Shown one piece after another: positions 1 to 10,500 of a stretch of DNA of 64,000 bases. The translations under genes and the position numbers were made by a program. Position 1 is the first letter of the stretch, and each line of letters opens with the position of its first letter. The notes below the pieces were generated by a model. It saw only the letters and a program-made list of their open reading frames with translations. It had not been told where the DNA came from and did no database searches. The DNA is taken from the IMG/VR virus record IMGVR_UViG_3300013120_000767, positions 62,001 through 126,000 of that record. The stretch is one strand, 5' to 3'. This DNA comes from an uncultured virus (IMG/VR IMGVR_UViG_3300013120_000767). Its lineage: Duplodnaviria; Heunggongvirae; Uroviricota; Caudoviricetes.

Positions 1-2
1 TC

Positions 3-2435
3 CATTTGGGCGGCTGCACAGATGTCTACATGCACACGACAGAGGAAGCCTCGGTGGGCGCCTTCGACGGAGTGTACGACTTGGTTCCCTACGCCACAGC
101 GTTGGCCACGTGGACCTCAGGGAACGACACGATGACGTTGGCATCCGTCGTTTTCAATTCGGACCTGGCAGCGGGCTACCCGGACCCCACTGAAGACTAC
201 TCAGCGATGATCCCCAGCATCATTACGTTGGAGATCGACGATCGTGACCCCCGCCAGGTGTACCGGGTGCTGGCGCTGTCCGAAACCGGGGCCCGCCTGA
301 GTGAGGACATGGGGGACTCCGGCACCAACCAGCCGGTCACCTTGTACGTCAACCACGAAGTGGACTTGCTCTCCGTCAAGAACTTGAAGAAGGCGGGGAC
401 GGACGGGACCGTGGGGTTCTCCAAGTACGTCATCCTGGGGACGGCTGCCCCCGCGTCTACGGTACCGGGGGACACCCTCGAAATCTTGTCGGACATAGGG
501 AAGGGGGCCTACGAAATTCAGTCCCTCCACAGCGGAGGGCTCATCGTCCTATTGACCACTACTGTGAGCGGGTTCGACACGGACGTAGAGTACGAGATTT
601 ATTCCACTGACGCGGGGGTGAACGCTCCTATCTCCCGTATCGACCACGTCGAGTTACGGGCGGCCACCGGGACTACCGCTATCAACCTGTACTACCGGGA
701 CCCCCTAGCCTGCCGAGTAATGGGCGACAGTGTCACCGACGGCCCCAATGTCATCATCCCGCCGGATGAAGAGGAGGGGTCATTGGGGGACTACCTGGGC
801 AGCGTTGCTCACCTGGTGCCTCCGCCGGCCGGGGCGTTCAGTAATAGCTTGGGGTTATTCGCCTGGTCGGGAGACGTCGAGGAAATGGGGGTCAAGGAGG
901 GGGACGTACTCATCCTCCACGGGGCCGGCAACAACTACTCCGCCCGCATCCTCCTGGCGGAGTACAGCGTAGACGACGAGCAGTCGTACATCCTGTACTC
1001 CCCCTACGGGTACGCCACAGTGGACGAGGACGACGTCCCCTTCGAGATCCACGCTGCGCAAGTGGCCACCGTCCGACTCTACTTTGAGCACCCGCTGGAG
1101 GCCATGGTCGGGTGGTTCACACCCGCCCTGACAACAATCTTCTACTTGGGGGCCTACACCTACAGCCCCCACATGGATCACAAGGAGCTGTACACCCTGG
1201 AGGACGCGCATACGGAGCTCGTCATCGACGTCAGTGGGGGGGCGACCAGCACCATCAGTACCAACTCCGCTACCCTTGACTTTGGGGAGCTGCGCCTGAA
1301 GCCGGGGGACATAGTGCTGCTGAAGTACTCAGCTATCATCAGCTCCTCCCTCGCTTCGACTTGTGACGTAGCCGGGAAGTCGCTGACGTTGGCAGTGGGC
1401 GGGAACGCCAAGACTATCTACTTCGTAGGCACTGACCCACTCACGTTGGATGACGCCGACGGCATCTCCGGGCAAATTGAGGACGGGTTCGGCATCGACG
1501 TCATCGTGCGGGCCCAAGGGGACCTGTTCCGTATGTACCTGGTCTCCACGCAGAAGGTGACCGTAACCGGGGGCACCGCCGTCACCGACTTGGGGCTGTT
1601 GGCCAACATGACCAACGACACCCTCAATGAGGAACTCAAAGGGAACCACACCATCATCAGCATAGACGAGACCTCGTTCACGGTGGACACAGTATTCTCC
1701 AGTGGGGCCACCGGTGACCAAGCGATGGTCGGCGTCTTCATACGGACCGGGGTGGTGTCACTGACGCCGGCAGAGATGGCCCTCAACACGGAGTACGGGT
1801 TCTACTACATGGACGTGGAGGTGCAATCCATGCAGGACGCCCCCTCCTCCTTTCTGGCGGGGAACACATACCTCGGCATTCAGGACTTCTACTACATGGC
1901 GGGTTTCAGCCTCTCCACCGACAAGGAGTACTCGTTTGGGGCCAACGAGGACCCACACATGTACCTGTCCCCCTACGTGGTAGACGAGAACGGGAACGAC
2001 ATCATTGTGGCTCGCTACGCCTTCGACATCCACTATTATGAGGCGCCGGTCGTTGAGAGCGTACAGGCGGTCCTGTCCTCCTCCTCCGTGCGAGCCACGG
2101 CCGACAACATGATGGGGAAGCAAAAGCCGCTGCTGCAAGTAGGGGTGGGCCCGGTCATCTACACGGGGGACACCGACGCCGTGATCCCGTCGGCGCAGGC
2201 GAGGATCAGGGAGCGGGTTATTGAACTGGTAACTAGCGGGCGGCCGGTGCGGCTCTCAGACATCCTGGGGGTGCTCACGCCGTTGGGTATCGACTACGAT
2301 GCCGATACGATGATTTTCTGGTACTATGAGGACCTTGAGAGGAACCGCCACTTGCGGTTTGGCGATGAGCTGACGGTGGACCGTACTTGGCGGGTAGAGG
2401 TGCCCTCCTCGATGATTATCTTTGCGGGATCATAG
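3..2435 (+). CDS. Virion structural protein, probable baseplate wedge/J-like (5' partial)
   Basis: Frame is open to the window edge; acidic, beta-rich; C-terminal 'ESVQAVLSSSSVRATADNMMGKQ' resembles baseplate wedge C-termini of large phages; lies in a run of large structural ORFs. Confidence 0.55.
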   Translation, partial: HLGGCTDVYMHTTEEASVGAFDGVYDLVPYATALATWTSGNDTMTLASVVFNSDLAAGYPDPTEDYSAMIPSIITLEIDDRDPRQVYRVLALSETGARLSEDMGDSGTNQPVTLYVNHEVDLLSVKNLKKAGTDGTVGFSKYVILGTAAPASTVPGDTLEILSDIGKGAYEIQSLHSGGLIVLLTTTVSGFDTDVEYEIYSTDAGVNAPISRIDHVELRAATGTTAINLYYRDPLACRVMGDSVTDGPNVIIPPDEEEGSLGDYLGSVAHLVPPPAGAFSNSLGLFAWSGDVEEMGVKEGDVLILHGAGNNYSARILLAEYSVDDEQSYILYSPYGYATVDEDDVPFEIHAAQVATVRLYFEHPLEAMVGWFTPALTTIFYLGAYTYSPHMDHKELYTLEDAHTELVIDVSGGATSTISTNSATLDFGELRLKPGDIVLLKYSAIISSSLASTCDVAGKSLTLAVGGNAKTIYFVGTDPLTLDDADGISGQIEDGFGIDVIVRAQGDLFRMYLVSTQKVTVTGGTAVTDLGLLANMTNDTLNEELKGNHTIISIDETSFTVDTVFSSGATGDQAMVGVFIRTGVVSLTPAEMALNTEYGFYYMDVEVQSMQDAPSSFLAGNTYLGIQDFYYMAGFSLSTDKEYSFGANEDPHMYLSPYVVDENGNDIIVARYAFDIHYYEAPVVESVQAVLSSSSVRATADNMMGKQKPLLQVGVGPVIYTGDTDAVIPSAQARIRERVIELVTSGRPVRLSDILGVLTPLGIDYDADTMIFWYYEDLERNRHLRFGDELTVDRTWRVEVPSSMIIFAGS

Positions 2436-2625
2436 GGGCAGCCCCCTTCTCGTTTCCGCAGTGGAGGCATACCTCAACTTCAAGGAGCTCACCTACCTCC
2501 CCGGCGGAGAACCGGTAGGTGGAGTCCGTACGCCCGCATTTTGAGCAGCGGGTGTGGATATGGGGGGCGTCAGTGAGCAAGTTGGGGACGCCCTCGAGGA
2601 GCTCCTCTTTTATTGATGTTGGCAT
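2416..2625 (-). CDS. Small zinc-ribbon protein
   Basis: CSKC...CLHC pairs; fills the gap between two + strand structural genes. Confidence 0.5.
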   Translation of the reverse strand: MPTSIKEELLEGVPNLLTDAPHIHTRCSKCGRTDSTYRFSAGEVGELLEVEVCLHCGNEKGAAPMIPQR

Positions 2626-2633
2626 GGTGACCA

Positions 2634-5600
2634 ATGGCGTATCCGACTTCGGTGAACTTTGATCTTTTTGATTGGTCATTGGGTCCCCCTGACACTTTGA
2701 ACTCCCTCGTGGACAGCTTCTCCGACCCGATCATAGTGGTCGGCCCCACCCAGATTTACTATGATAATACCAACAGTCGCTGGCTCATGTCCAGTGCCGG
2801 TTCACGGGCGGCCTTGACCATTCCCATTACCGTAGGGAACCAGGCCACCCTGGAAATGGCGGTGGTGCCGGCAGCGCTGCCGGCCGTGCTCTCCAAAGCC
2901 AACTACGTCGGCATCATGCTCTACAACGTCTCTGGCCCGTCCGGAGGGGTGCTTTTGGCTCAGGAGGGGCTGGGGTTGATCACAGCGGGCAACGAGGGGG
3001 TGGTCTCCTTCGAGAAGGTCCCCGCTACCGACTCCATCATGGCCGCCAACTTCACTATGCGGATAGTGTTCTCGGCGGAGCTGGTCAAGGTCTATATTCG
3101 CCAAACTGGTGGGGGCTTCGAAGAAGTTGCTTCCTGGTTCCCTTACAGCATTGGGGATACCGAGGACTTCGTGTACCTCGACGTGTACGGGACCAAGGAA
3201 GAGCCGCTGCTGTCTGGGTTCTCCTCTCTGCGGATGGGCGTTGCCGTAGAGACCAGCATCCCCCCCACCGCCGTTATCTCCGGGGCTACCAGTGCCCGGG
3301 TGAAGGAGCTGGTGCGACTGGACGGCTCGGGCAGTTTGAACCCTACAGATGCGGACTTGACCTACGCCTGGACGTTCTCCCCGCCGCAGGGGTCCTTATC
3401 GGTACTCTCCGGGTCGGCGCGGGCGTCGTTGACCCACGGCGCCCTCGTTTTCACAGCGGTGGACTCCGGATTGGGCGGGAACCTCATCAGAGTAGGCATC
3501 ACGAAGCCGGTGGGGGTTGCCGACCTGGTCGTCAGCGTCGCAGACAGCGACATTCAAATCCAACTGGCCCACGACGGGGGCGGGACGTACACGACGATCA
3601 GCGAGTTGGTGGGGATCTTGACCGATTCCCTGAATGCCGACTATAGTGCCGCCCTGGTTGCTCTGGTGACCCCCAGCGGCGCCGGCGACGACGCCCCCGA
3701 CGCCTTGGCGTTGACGTACTTATCCGGGGGTGTGGACTCCACACAGGCGTCCCCTATCTTCGTTCCGGACGTGCCTGGGTACTACTCAGCGGCCTTGATA
3801 GTCTCCGCCGAGGGCATGGAGAGCGAGTCCGTGTCCCACGGCGTGGGGGTCGGCCAGGCCACTCTCGTGTACGGAGCTGAGCCAGACGTTTCCCCAATCA
3901 GGAAGCAGGTAGCGCAGCCCTTCTTCAACATGATGACGAACAGCGACATTGTGGAGGCCTCCTGGCGGGCATTGGCGCACCTTACCTCGAACGAACTGCT
4001 CCAGGCGGTGCAGCACCGCATGAACATCCACATGGATAGGGCGCCCACGTACCTGCGTCACAAATGGATGCAGTTCAAAATGTACGAGGAGTTGGACACC
4101 CCCATTGAGGCCGAGTGGGTCGTGCCCATGGGGGTTATCGTGGGCGACCTCACCCCGTTGGACGACAACGACGGCGACGTCACCACTCCACGAGCGACTT
4201 GCGCTGTCCCCGCCAACTACGCCGGGGTGAAAATCGGCGTGATGAGCCCGAACTTCATCGCAACTATCGCCAAAGTGGACGAGGGCACCATCACTTGCGA
4301 TGACGCCCTCGTTGCCAAGACTTTGATAGACGAAGGGCTCTATGGGTACACTGAGAAGGGGGAGTCCTCCACTGCTTTCCTTACGAAGTACGCCCAGTTC
4401 AGCGCCCAAATCGAGGCAGGGGATTACCTCTATGCCCTGGGGCTGTATAAGGAGGTCGATACCCCCAGTACTAACAGCTTGGTGCTCGGCGACGCCCTGG
4501 CGGCGCCGTACGCAGCACCCTGGAAGGTACTTCGGGACGTCACCGCCCCTTTGGAGTGGCACGCCCTCTCCTACGTCAACCTGGGCACTTCCCTTAGTGA
4601 CTTCGCTATCGGGGACATCCTCGAGTTGGACTTGACCTATACCGACCCGGTGACGTCGGCGGTGTCTCGGGGGACAGCCCTGTCCCGTATCTTCGCCAAG
4701 GAGGGGGGGTGGTTCTACTTCTCCATCTACGACGCCTTGACGTCCCTGGTAGTAGGCACGGAAACAGCCACGGCAGTGGACGGGCCGGCCATCACTTTCG
4801 CCAACAAGAACCTGAACACTTTGTACCAAGTGACTGAGGACTGGGTAGTGCGCAACGTCACCAGGAACAGCGACTTCGCCAGGGTGCAGTACACCGATGA
4901 TAGCGGCCCCCTCTACGTCGATGACATAGCAGTGTTGAAGGACGACCTCGGCGTGGTTTCGGAAGTGGGCGACCTGTTTGCCTTCTACCCGCCCGTGACC
5001 TGGTACTTCAATGGGGCCACAGTGAAATGTGTTGGGGCCTACCGGACGTCTCAGGTGCCGCTGCCGGAGCGGGTGTTCGAAGTCCCAGTTCTGCGCCGCT
5101 CATTGTTGTTCACGGAGTTGTGCTACGTCCTCAACGAGGACTACACGATCTCTGGGACCAGCATTGTATTCCAGACCCCGTTCAGCCTCACCAACTTGCC
5201 GACCAAGAACTTGTGGGCGGAGCATGCCCTGCTCTACAATTACGAAGCCGCCCGCCTCTACGGGCCCTTTGTAGGACTGCCCAACCTGGACGAGCACCCG
5301 AGTCAGCTGTCGTTGGTGCCCATCGTCAAGGCTTTGATCAGCGGTGCCGTTACCGGGCCGGTGAAGGACGTCTTGGAGCGTAGCCTTGGGGTCATTGCCG
5401 GCTCCCCCTTCGCTGTGGAAACTTCGGTAATCATGGAGAAGTCCGGGGACTTCCTCTCTTTGCTGGACATCTGGGGCAGGACCCACGCCGTAGAGACGTC
5501 TACTCCTGACGACTTTGCGGTAGGGGACGTGTACGAGAGGCATCACCTCCTCCAGACCACGACGGAGCTGTGCGACTATTTGGACGGGGACGACGCTATC

Positions 5601-6839
5601 TTCTTGATGACCTACTCAGGGCTGGTGGGCAATCTCGACAAGTACCACGCCTTCATGGCTACGTTGAAGGCCATCGAAGTGGGGTCTCAAGATATGGCGG
5701 CGGCCATACTCAGGCGAATGAAACCCGCCTGGCAAGACGCCGTGTTGGTTTCCCAGCTGGAAGTGAGCGACGACGTCCTCCCTACTGAATGGCCTGAGTT
5801 CCGCACACAGCAGTTGGTGGCGGATGTGCCCACTTCGTTTGAGGACCCCGACCACCCGGTGATTCTGGGCACGGCCTTCATGTTCGATGACCCCTCCCAC
5901 TGGTTGGTGGGGGAGCAGGTGGACGCCGGCGTTGTCGGGGCCGGGGCGGCTACTGCCGCCACCCTCTCCGTGGACGTAGAGGCGGCAGGGGTGCACAAAG
6001 GGTGGGTCATGGTGGACATCACCTTGGGTGACTACGCTTGGATAACAGCAGTGGACGGTACGGGGGTAACCTTCGCCTACGGCATGCACGGGGGAGGCAC
6101 CCCTGCCGACGAGGACGAAGTCTACTTCATTCCCGGGTACGGGAGCATCTTCGACTTCCCCTTCGACCAGTTGATGACGCATACAGCTACCGGCGGGGGC
6201 CCGGACAGGTTGGTGTGGGACGCCGCAGAGTTGCTCAGACTACACGTTGGTGTAGGTTGGCGAGTCCACAACTTGACCAAGGACTCCTGGGGGTTGGTAG
6301 CGAGCTTGGTTGGGGACATCCTTGTCTTTACGGCAAACATGGAGCCGGTGCCGCCGGCGGCGTTTGCTCCCAACGCGGCGGGCGACGAGTTCCAACTCTA
6401 TCCCCCCTCGGGGATGCCGGGACATCACGCTGACGACATAAAGTACCTGGGGCCGATGGTTCACGCCGACTACCGAGTGTCGGAGGAGGTTCCAGGCGGC
6501 TTCTTGGTTGTAGCGGCAGCGCAGGCCCATGCCCAGTTTGTGAACCCGGCGTCAGTGATCCCCCCGAACTACCCGGTGCACCCTTACTCCCTGGAAGACC
6601 CAAGGCCAACCATCTCCCTGCGGCCGACCGTGGCAGCGGGGGTGTGTACCTTGTGGGGGTACTTCTACCTGGCTGGGTTGGTGGTGACTTTCAATGGTAC
6701 GCCCTCCCCCCTGGTCGTAGTGGTTTCGTTGTCGGAGGCGACCGCCCAACTTCCTCCCGGACTTACGGGGGAGGTTGACGTACGGGTGGAGGACGGCGCC
6801 GGAAACGGCTTTACTTGGCCGGCGGCGTTTTCTGTATAG
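2634..6839 (+). CDS. Large virion structural protein (baseplate/tail) with PKD-like and C-terminal IPT/TIG-like domains
   Basis: 1401 aa; PKD signature 'PPTAVISG..VRLDGSGSLNP..LTYAWTF..SPIFVPDVPGYY'; IPT-like end 'PTISLRP..VTFNGTP..VDVRVE..AFSV'. Confidence 0.65.
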   Translation: MAYPTSVNFDLFDWSLGPPDTLNSLVDSFSDPIIVVGPTQIYYDNTNSRWLMSSAGSRAALTIPITVGNQATLEMAVVPAALPAVLSKANYVGIMLYNVSGPSGGVLLAQEGLGLITAGNEGVVSFEKVPATDSIMAANFTMRIVFSAELVKVYIRQTGGGFEEVASWFPYSIGDTEDFVYLDVYGTKEEPLLSGFSSLRMGVAVETSIPPTAVISGATSARVKELVRLDGSGSLNPTDADLTYAWTFSPPQGSLSVLSGSARASLTHGALVFTAVDSGLGGNLIRVGITKPVGVADLVVSVADSDIQIQLAHDGGGTYTTISELVGILTDSLNADYSAALVALVTPSGAGDDAPDALALTYLSGGVDSTQASPIFVPDVPGYYSAALIVSAEGMESESVSHGVGVGQATLVYGAEPDVSPIRKQVAQPFFNMMTNSDIVEASWRALAHLTSNELLQAVQHRMNIHMDRAPTYLRHKWMQFKMYEELDTPIEAEWVVPMGVIVGDLTPLDDNDGDVTTPRATCAVPANYAGVKIGVMSPNFIATIAKVDEGTITCDDALVAKTLIDEGLYGYTEKGESSTAFLTKYAQFSAQIEAGDYLYALGLYKEVDTPSTNSLVLGDALAAPYAAPWKVLRDVTAPLEWHALSYVNLGTSLSDFAIGDILELDLTYTDPVTSAVSRGTALSRIFAKEGGWFYFSIYDALTSLVVGTETATAVDGPAITFANKNLNTLYQVTEDWVVRNVTRNSDFARVQYTDDSGPLYVDDIAVLKDDLGVVSEVGDLFAFYPPVTWYFNGATVKCVGAYRTSQVPLPERVFEVPVLRRSLLFTELCYVLNEDYTISGTSIVFQTPFSLTNLPTKNLWAEHALLYNYEAARLYGPFVGLPNLDEHPSQLSLVPIVKALISGAVTGPVKDVLERSLGVIAGSPFAVETSVIMEKSGDFLSLLDIWGRTHAVETSTPDDFAVGDVYERHHLLQTTTELCDYLDGDDAIFLMTYSGLVGNLDKYHAFMATLKAIEVGSQDMAAAILRRMKPAWQDAVLVSQLEVSDDVLPTEWPEFRTQQLVADVPTSFEDPDHPVILGTAFMFDDPSHWLVGEQVDAGVVGAGAATAATLSVDVEAAGVHKGWVMVDITLGDYAWITAVDGTGVTFAYGMHGGGTPADEDEVYFIPGYGSIFDFPFDQLMTHTATGGGPDRLVWDAAELLRLHVGVGWRVHNLTKDSWGLVASLVGDILVFTANMEPVPPAAFAPNAAGDEFQLYPPSGMPGHHADDIKYLGPMVHADYRVSEEVPGGFLVVAAAQAHAQFVNPASVIPPNYPVHPYSLEDPRPTISLRPTVAAGVCTLWGYFYLAGLVVTFNGTPSPLVVVVSLSEATAQLPPGLTGEVDVRVEDGAGNGFTWPAAFSV

Positions 6840-6868
6840 TTGACTGGTAGGGGTTGTTGCGCTAGCCT
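6840..6868 (+). promoter_or_regulatory. Sigma70-type promoter
   Basis: TTGACT-N17-TAGCCT directly upstream of RBS (GAGG) and ATG 6886. Confidence 0.55.
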
Positions 6869-6885
6869 AAGGAAGCGAGGTTCTA

Positions 6886-7554
6886 ATGCGAATCGTAGAA
6901 GAAGTACAGGTTGAATCGAACGTCAAGATAATCATCCGGGAACGGGGTAAGATCATCGCCAGACGGGAGAGCCACAACATCGTCACCCTCCCGGGCAGAA
7001 CCTACCTCCGTAACCGCTTGGGGGCTGCCTCTTACCCGGCCATTCCTACAGTGGCGGGAACCGGCAGCAACCCCTTTGCTGAGTACCCGGGGGACGGGTC
7101 GTGGTCGATTGATGACGCCTTGGACCCCCACGTGCTGCGCTACTGTGCCTTCGGCAGCGGGGGATTACTCAACGGCGGGGCCTATACTGAGCATCAGAAC
7201 GTAGGGGGTTTGGAATCCCCCCTTCCCGTAGCAGCTACGGCCGTACCTGGGTATACCCACAGGTACGTGACCCAGGCCCTCCCACAACCGGACGCCAGCG
7301 ACCCGTACATCTTCCCTTCCGCTACCGAGCTCTGCTTGCGTTTCGTGGTGCAGAAGGCGGAGTTGAGCCTCACCGGGGCAGTAGAGGTCAGTGAGATCCT
7401 GGCTTTGACTTCTCTGGCCAATCCCTACCGGCCGCCATCGGTTGACGAGTACTCCGGGCTGTCCGTGCCGGGAGGCATCGCCTACAACATCCTCGAGCCG
7501 TTCCCGAAGGGCATCGACCACATCTTCGAGGTCCTCTGGTACTGGAGGCACTAA
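6886..7554 (+). CDS. Virion structural protein (baseplate/tail-fibre attachment type)
   Basis: N-terminal 'VKIIIRERGKIIARRESHNIVT..GRTYL' is typical of small phage baseplate proteins; stop/start overlap with next gene. Confidence 0.5.
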   Translation: MRIVEEVQVESNVKIIIRERGKIIARRESHNIVTLPGRTYLRNRLGAASYPAIPTVAGTGSNPFAEYPGDGSWSIDDALDPHVLRYCAFGSGGLLNGGAYTEHQNVGGLESPLPVAATAVPGYTHRYVTQALPQPDASDPYIFPSATELCLRFVVQKAELSLTGAVEVSEILALTSLANPYRPPSVDEYSGLSVPGGIAYNILEPFPKGIDHIFEVLWYWRH

Positions 7555-10500
7555 TGTTCGATCCCCTCGCTGAATTTGTCCGCCTGTCCATGCTGATCGG
7601 GAACACGGTCCCTTCGGTTGTATTGGCCAATGTCGATTCCGAACGAAATAAGTGGATTCCCTCCGAAGCGCAGCCGGTGGGCACTCGCCTTGTCGCCGAT
7701 GGGGAGGATATAACGTCAGACGTAGTGAACCGCCTTGCTGTGGCCATGTGCGCCCAGACGGAGCGTATCCTCCTGCAAATGGAGGAGCCCGCCCTCTACA
7801 TGCGGACGGTCATGTTCGACGCCGCTCACTTGGTGGTGGCGGGGATCGGCGTTACGGAGTTGCCTCTGTATAGCAATCGGCCCATCGCCATCCCCGGCAC
7901 CCAGGCAGGACTGGAAACGACCATGGACTTGCTTGACCAGGACGGGGCGGAGATCGTCATTCCCGAAGTGGGAGAGTTCGTGGGGGTGCGTTGCTTCATC
8001 TCCGACCTTGAGCATTTGGACGGTACTGCCGCGTACGACGGCGGGGGAGATGTTGAAGACTACGTCATCAACTCCTTCGCTATCACCGGTGTGTTCAAGT
8101 GGGGGGTGTCCGTCCCCTCTTCAGTGGAAGAGCGGGTCACCGGGACGGCTTCGGGGGGGAGCGCCACTACCTTGGTGGACGCCACCGCCGACTTTGTCGC
8201 CGACGCAGTCGTCGCCGGTTGGGTGGTATGGAACAAGCGAACCGACGACTACGGCATCGTAACGGGGGTGATCGCTAACCAGCTCACCTTTGCCGGTGGG
8301 ATGATTGGGGGCGAGACCTGCGGCAACTTGGATGACTATGAAGTTCAAGGCCCCAACCACGTCATGCCAGGTATCTTCGCTACCATTTCAGGGTCAGACA
8401 ACAACAACGGCACCTACCTGGTAGTGGAAGTTGCCGACAATGACGTTGTTCTCGCCCTCATGTCCACTGACCTGTACCTGGCTGGGAGTTTACCTGAGTG
8501 GTCCATCGAAAACGCTTGGAAGGAGGCGGCCCCCACGGTCATGGTGGAGAACGACACCAACTTGGGGACCATCCAATTCCGCACCCTGGGGAAGTGCGCC
8601 GTCAACCCCATGGTCACCTTGACTGACAACTTCCCAGTCAACCCAGTGACCAACGGTCAAATCATCGGCGCAGGGGTGCGGGTGATGGACCTGACCCGCC
8701 TACTGGACAAGTCCATCACTCTGTTCGGCGCTGACCAACTCACCGTGCTCACCGACTCCCAAGTTGTGCGCCATATCAAGGAGCTCAAGGGCTTCACCAC
8801 TGGGTGGGGGGTGGCAGACCTCCAGGAGTACGATTGGAGGTACCCGCCTTCGGACAGCATCGAGAGTATTCACCGACGCCTCAACACTGCCGACCTTGAC
8901 GGGATCTACCGTATGGACCCGGAACGGGATTATCCCTTTGGCGCTTCGTACGAGCAGCCTACTACCGGTACGCCCGGGAAGGGGCGGGTTATCCACATCG
9001 ACGGGGGCGCAGTAGAACTGTACACGGAAGAGGGGGCAGCCGAAGATACCGGCGACGTCAACCGGACCATGCTTCGCATCTACGCCCGGGACACGGGTGA
9101 CGGTAACGTCCCCAACCTGGGCGAGCTGCTGCAAGAGAACACCCCCCTCGGCTACTCTCTGGCGCCGGCAACCGGGTACGCCCCGCTTACCTACTTGTCA
9201 GCCATCTTTGTGGGCGAGGTCACGTCCAGCTTGGATATGACCGTAATGGCCGCTCGACGGGCGCTGTTGAGCCGAGGTCTTGCGGGGGAATTGTTCCCCC
9301 TGGCGCTCAGGGACAACGCTCACGATGGTCGAGGTTCCGTCGTGTTGATGAAACGGACCGGCTCCGACGACTACCAGATTGGTTACGTGCAGCTCCGTGA
9401 TTGGGGACCGGGCGGCGCTGCTGAGTCTTTGGACGTCTACTTCCAGACGGACGTGCAGGACTGGGACACCGGGTACACCCTGGTTGTCTTCCAGCCTCTA
9501 TACACAGTGGGGACTCCTCCGGCGGAATTGATAACGGCCGGTAACTATGGCCACCAGGCCTACCATACTTTCTCCGCGCCGCCGCTGGACGCCAATTCCG
9601 GGGGTGTGCAGTACCACCCGGACAATGCTGCAGCAGCCTTCTTGGGGTGGAGTGGGCATACTGCAGGGGTGGGGACGCCAATTGTCGACTTCCTCCACGC
9701 CCGCATCTACGACCCGGCCAGCCCACCCACTGGGCCCACTGCTGACGACTTCACCCGCATCGCCCGGATCAGTTGGGAGGGGGCGGACTTCGGGCAGGAG
9801 CAGGACAACCTCATCTTCCAGGAGGATAACAAGGACTACGCTGACGTCACCATTCGCCCCTGGCAGAGCTTCACCGGGTGGTGGAGCTACGCCTTGGCGC
9901 CGGTGATGACGTTACGGCACTACGCCGACAGCGTCCACGACGACACTCGAGGAGAGTCGGACACTCTCATGTTGGGGCTGCCCTTCTACGAGGACGACAC
10001 GACTCCCGGGGACCTGTTCCACGGTGCCTTCCTTGGTGGGCGGCATGGACGCTTGGTTACCTGGGACTCGGCAGTGTCGGACATGAAGGCCTCCCTGGCC
10101 GCTGCTGTTCCCGACCCGTTGTTCTACACGGCCGCCTCCGGGTACCCGCTATACGACGACGCCGGCCTCTTCTCTTCCGGAGTTGCCCTGGAGATGACGG
10201 CGGGAGGTGGGGGGGTGCTCCTCATTACCAACTTGACTGCGCCGGAGCTCACCGTCTTCCGGGAAGGGGAGTTCGAACGGCACAATGGGTGCGTCCTACT
10301 GACCATTACCCAATGCACCGATGTGGACAAAATAGGAACGTACCACGTCGACAACATCGTCCCGGCAACTGGGGCGATTACGATCTCTCGCGGTACTACC
10401 CTATCTGAGTCTTTCACCCCCGGGGACGAGGCCAAAGGCTATCTGTGGACGCACACCATCATGAATGATGGGCTCATCCCCAACCTGGCCATGACGGGGT

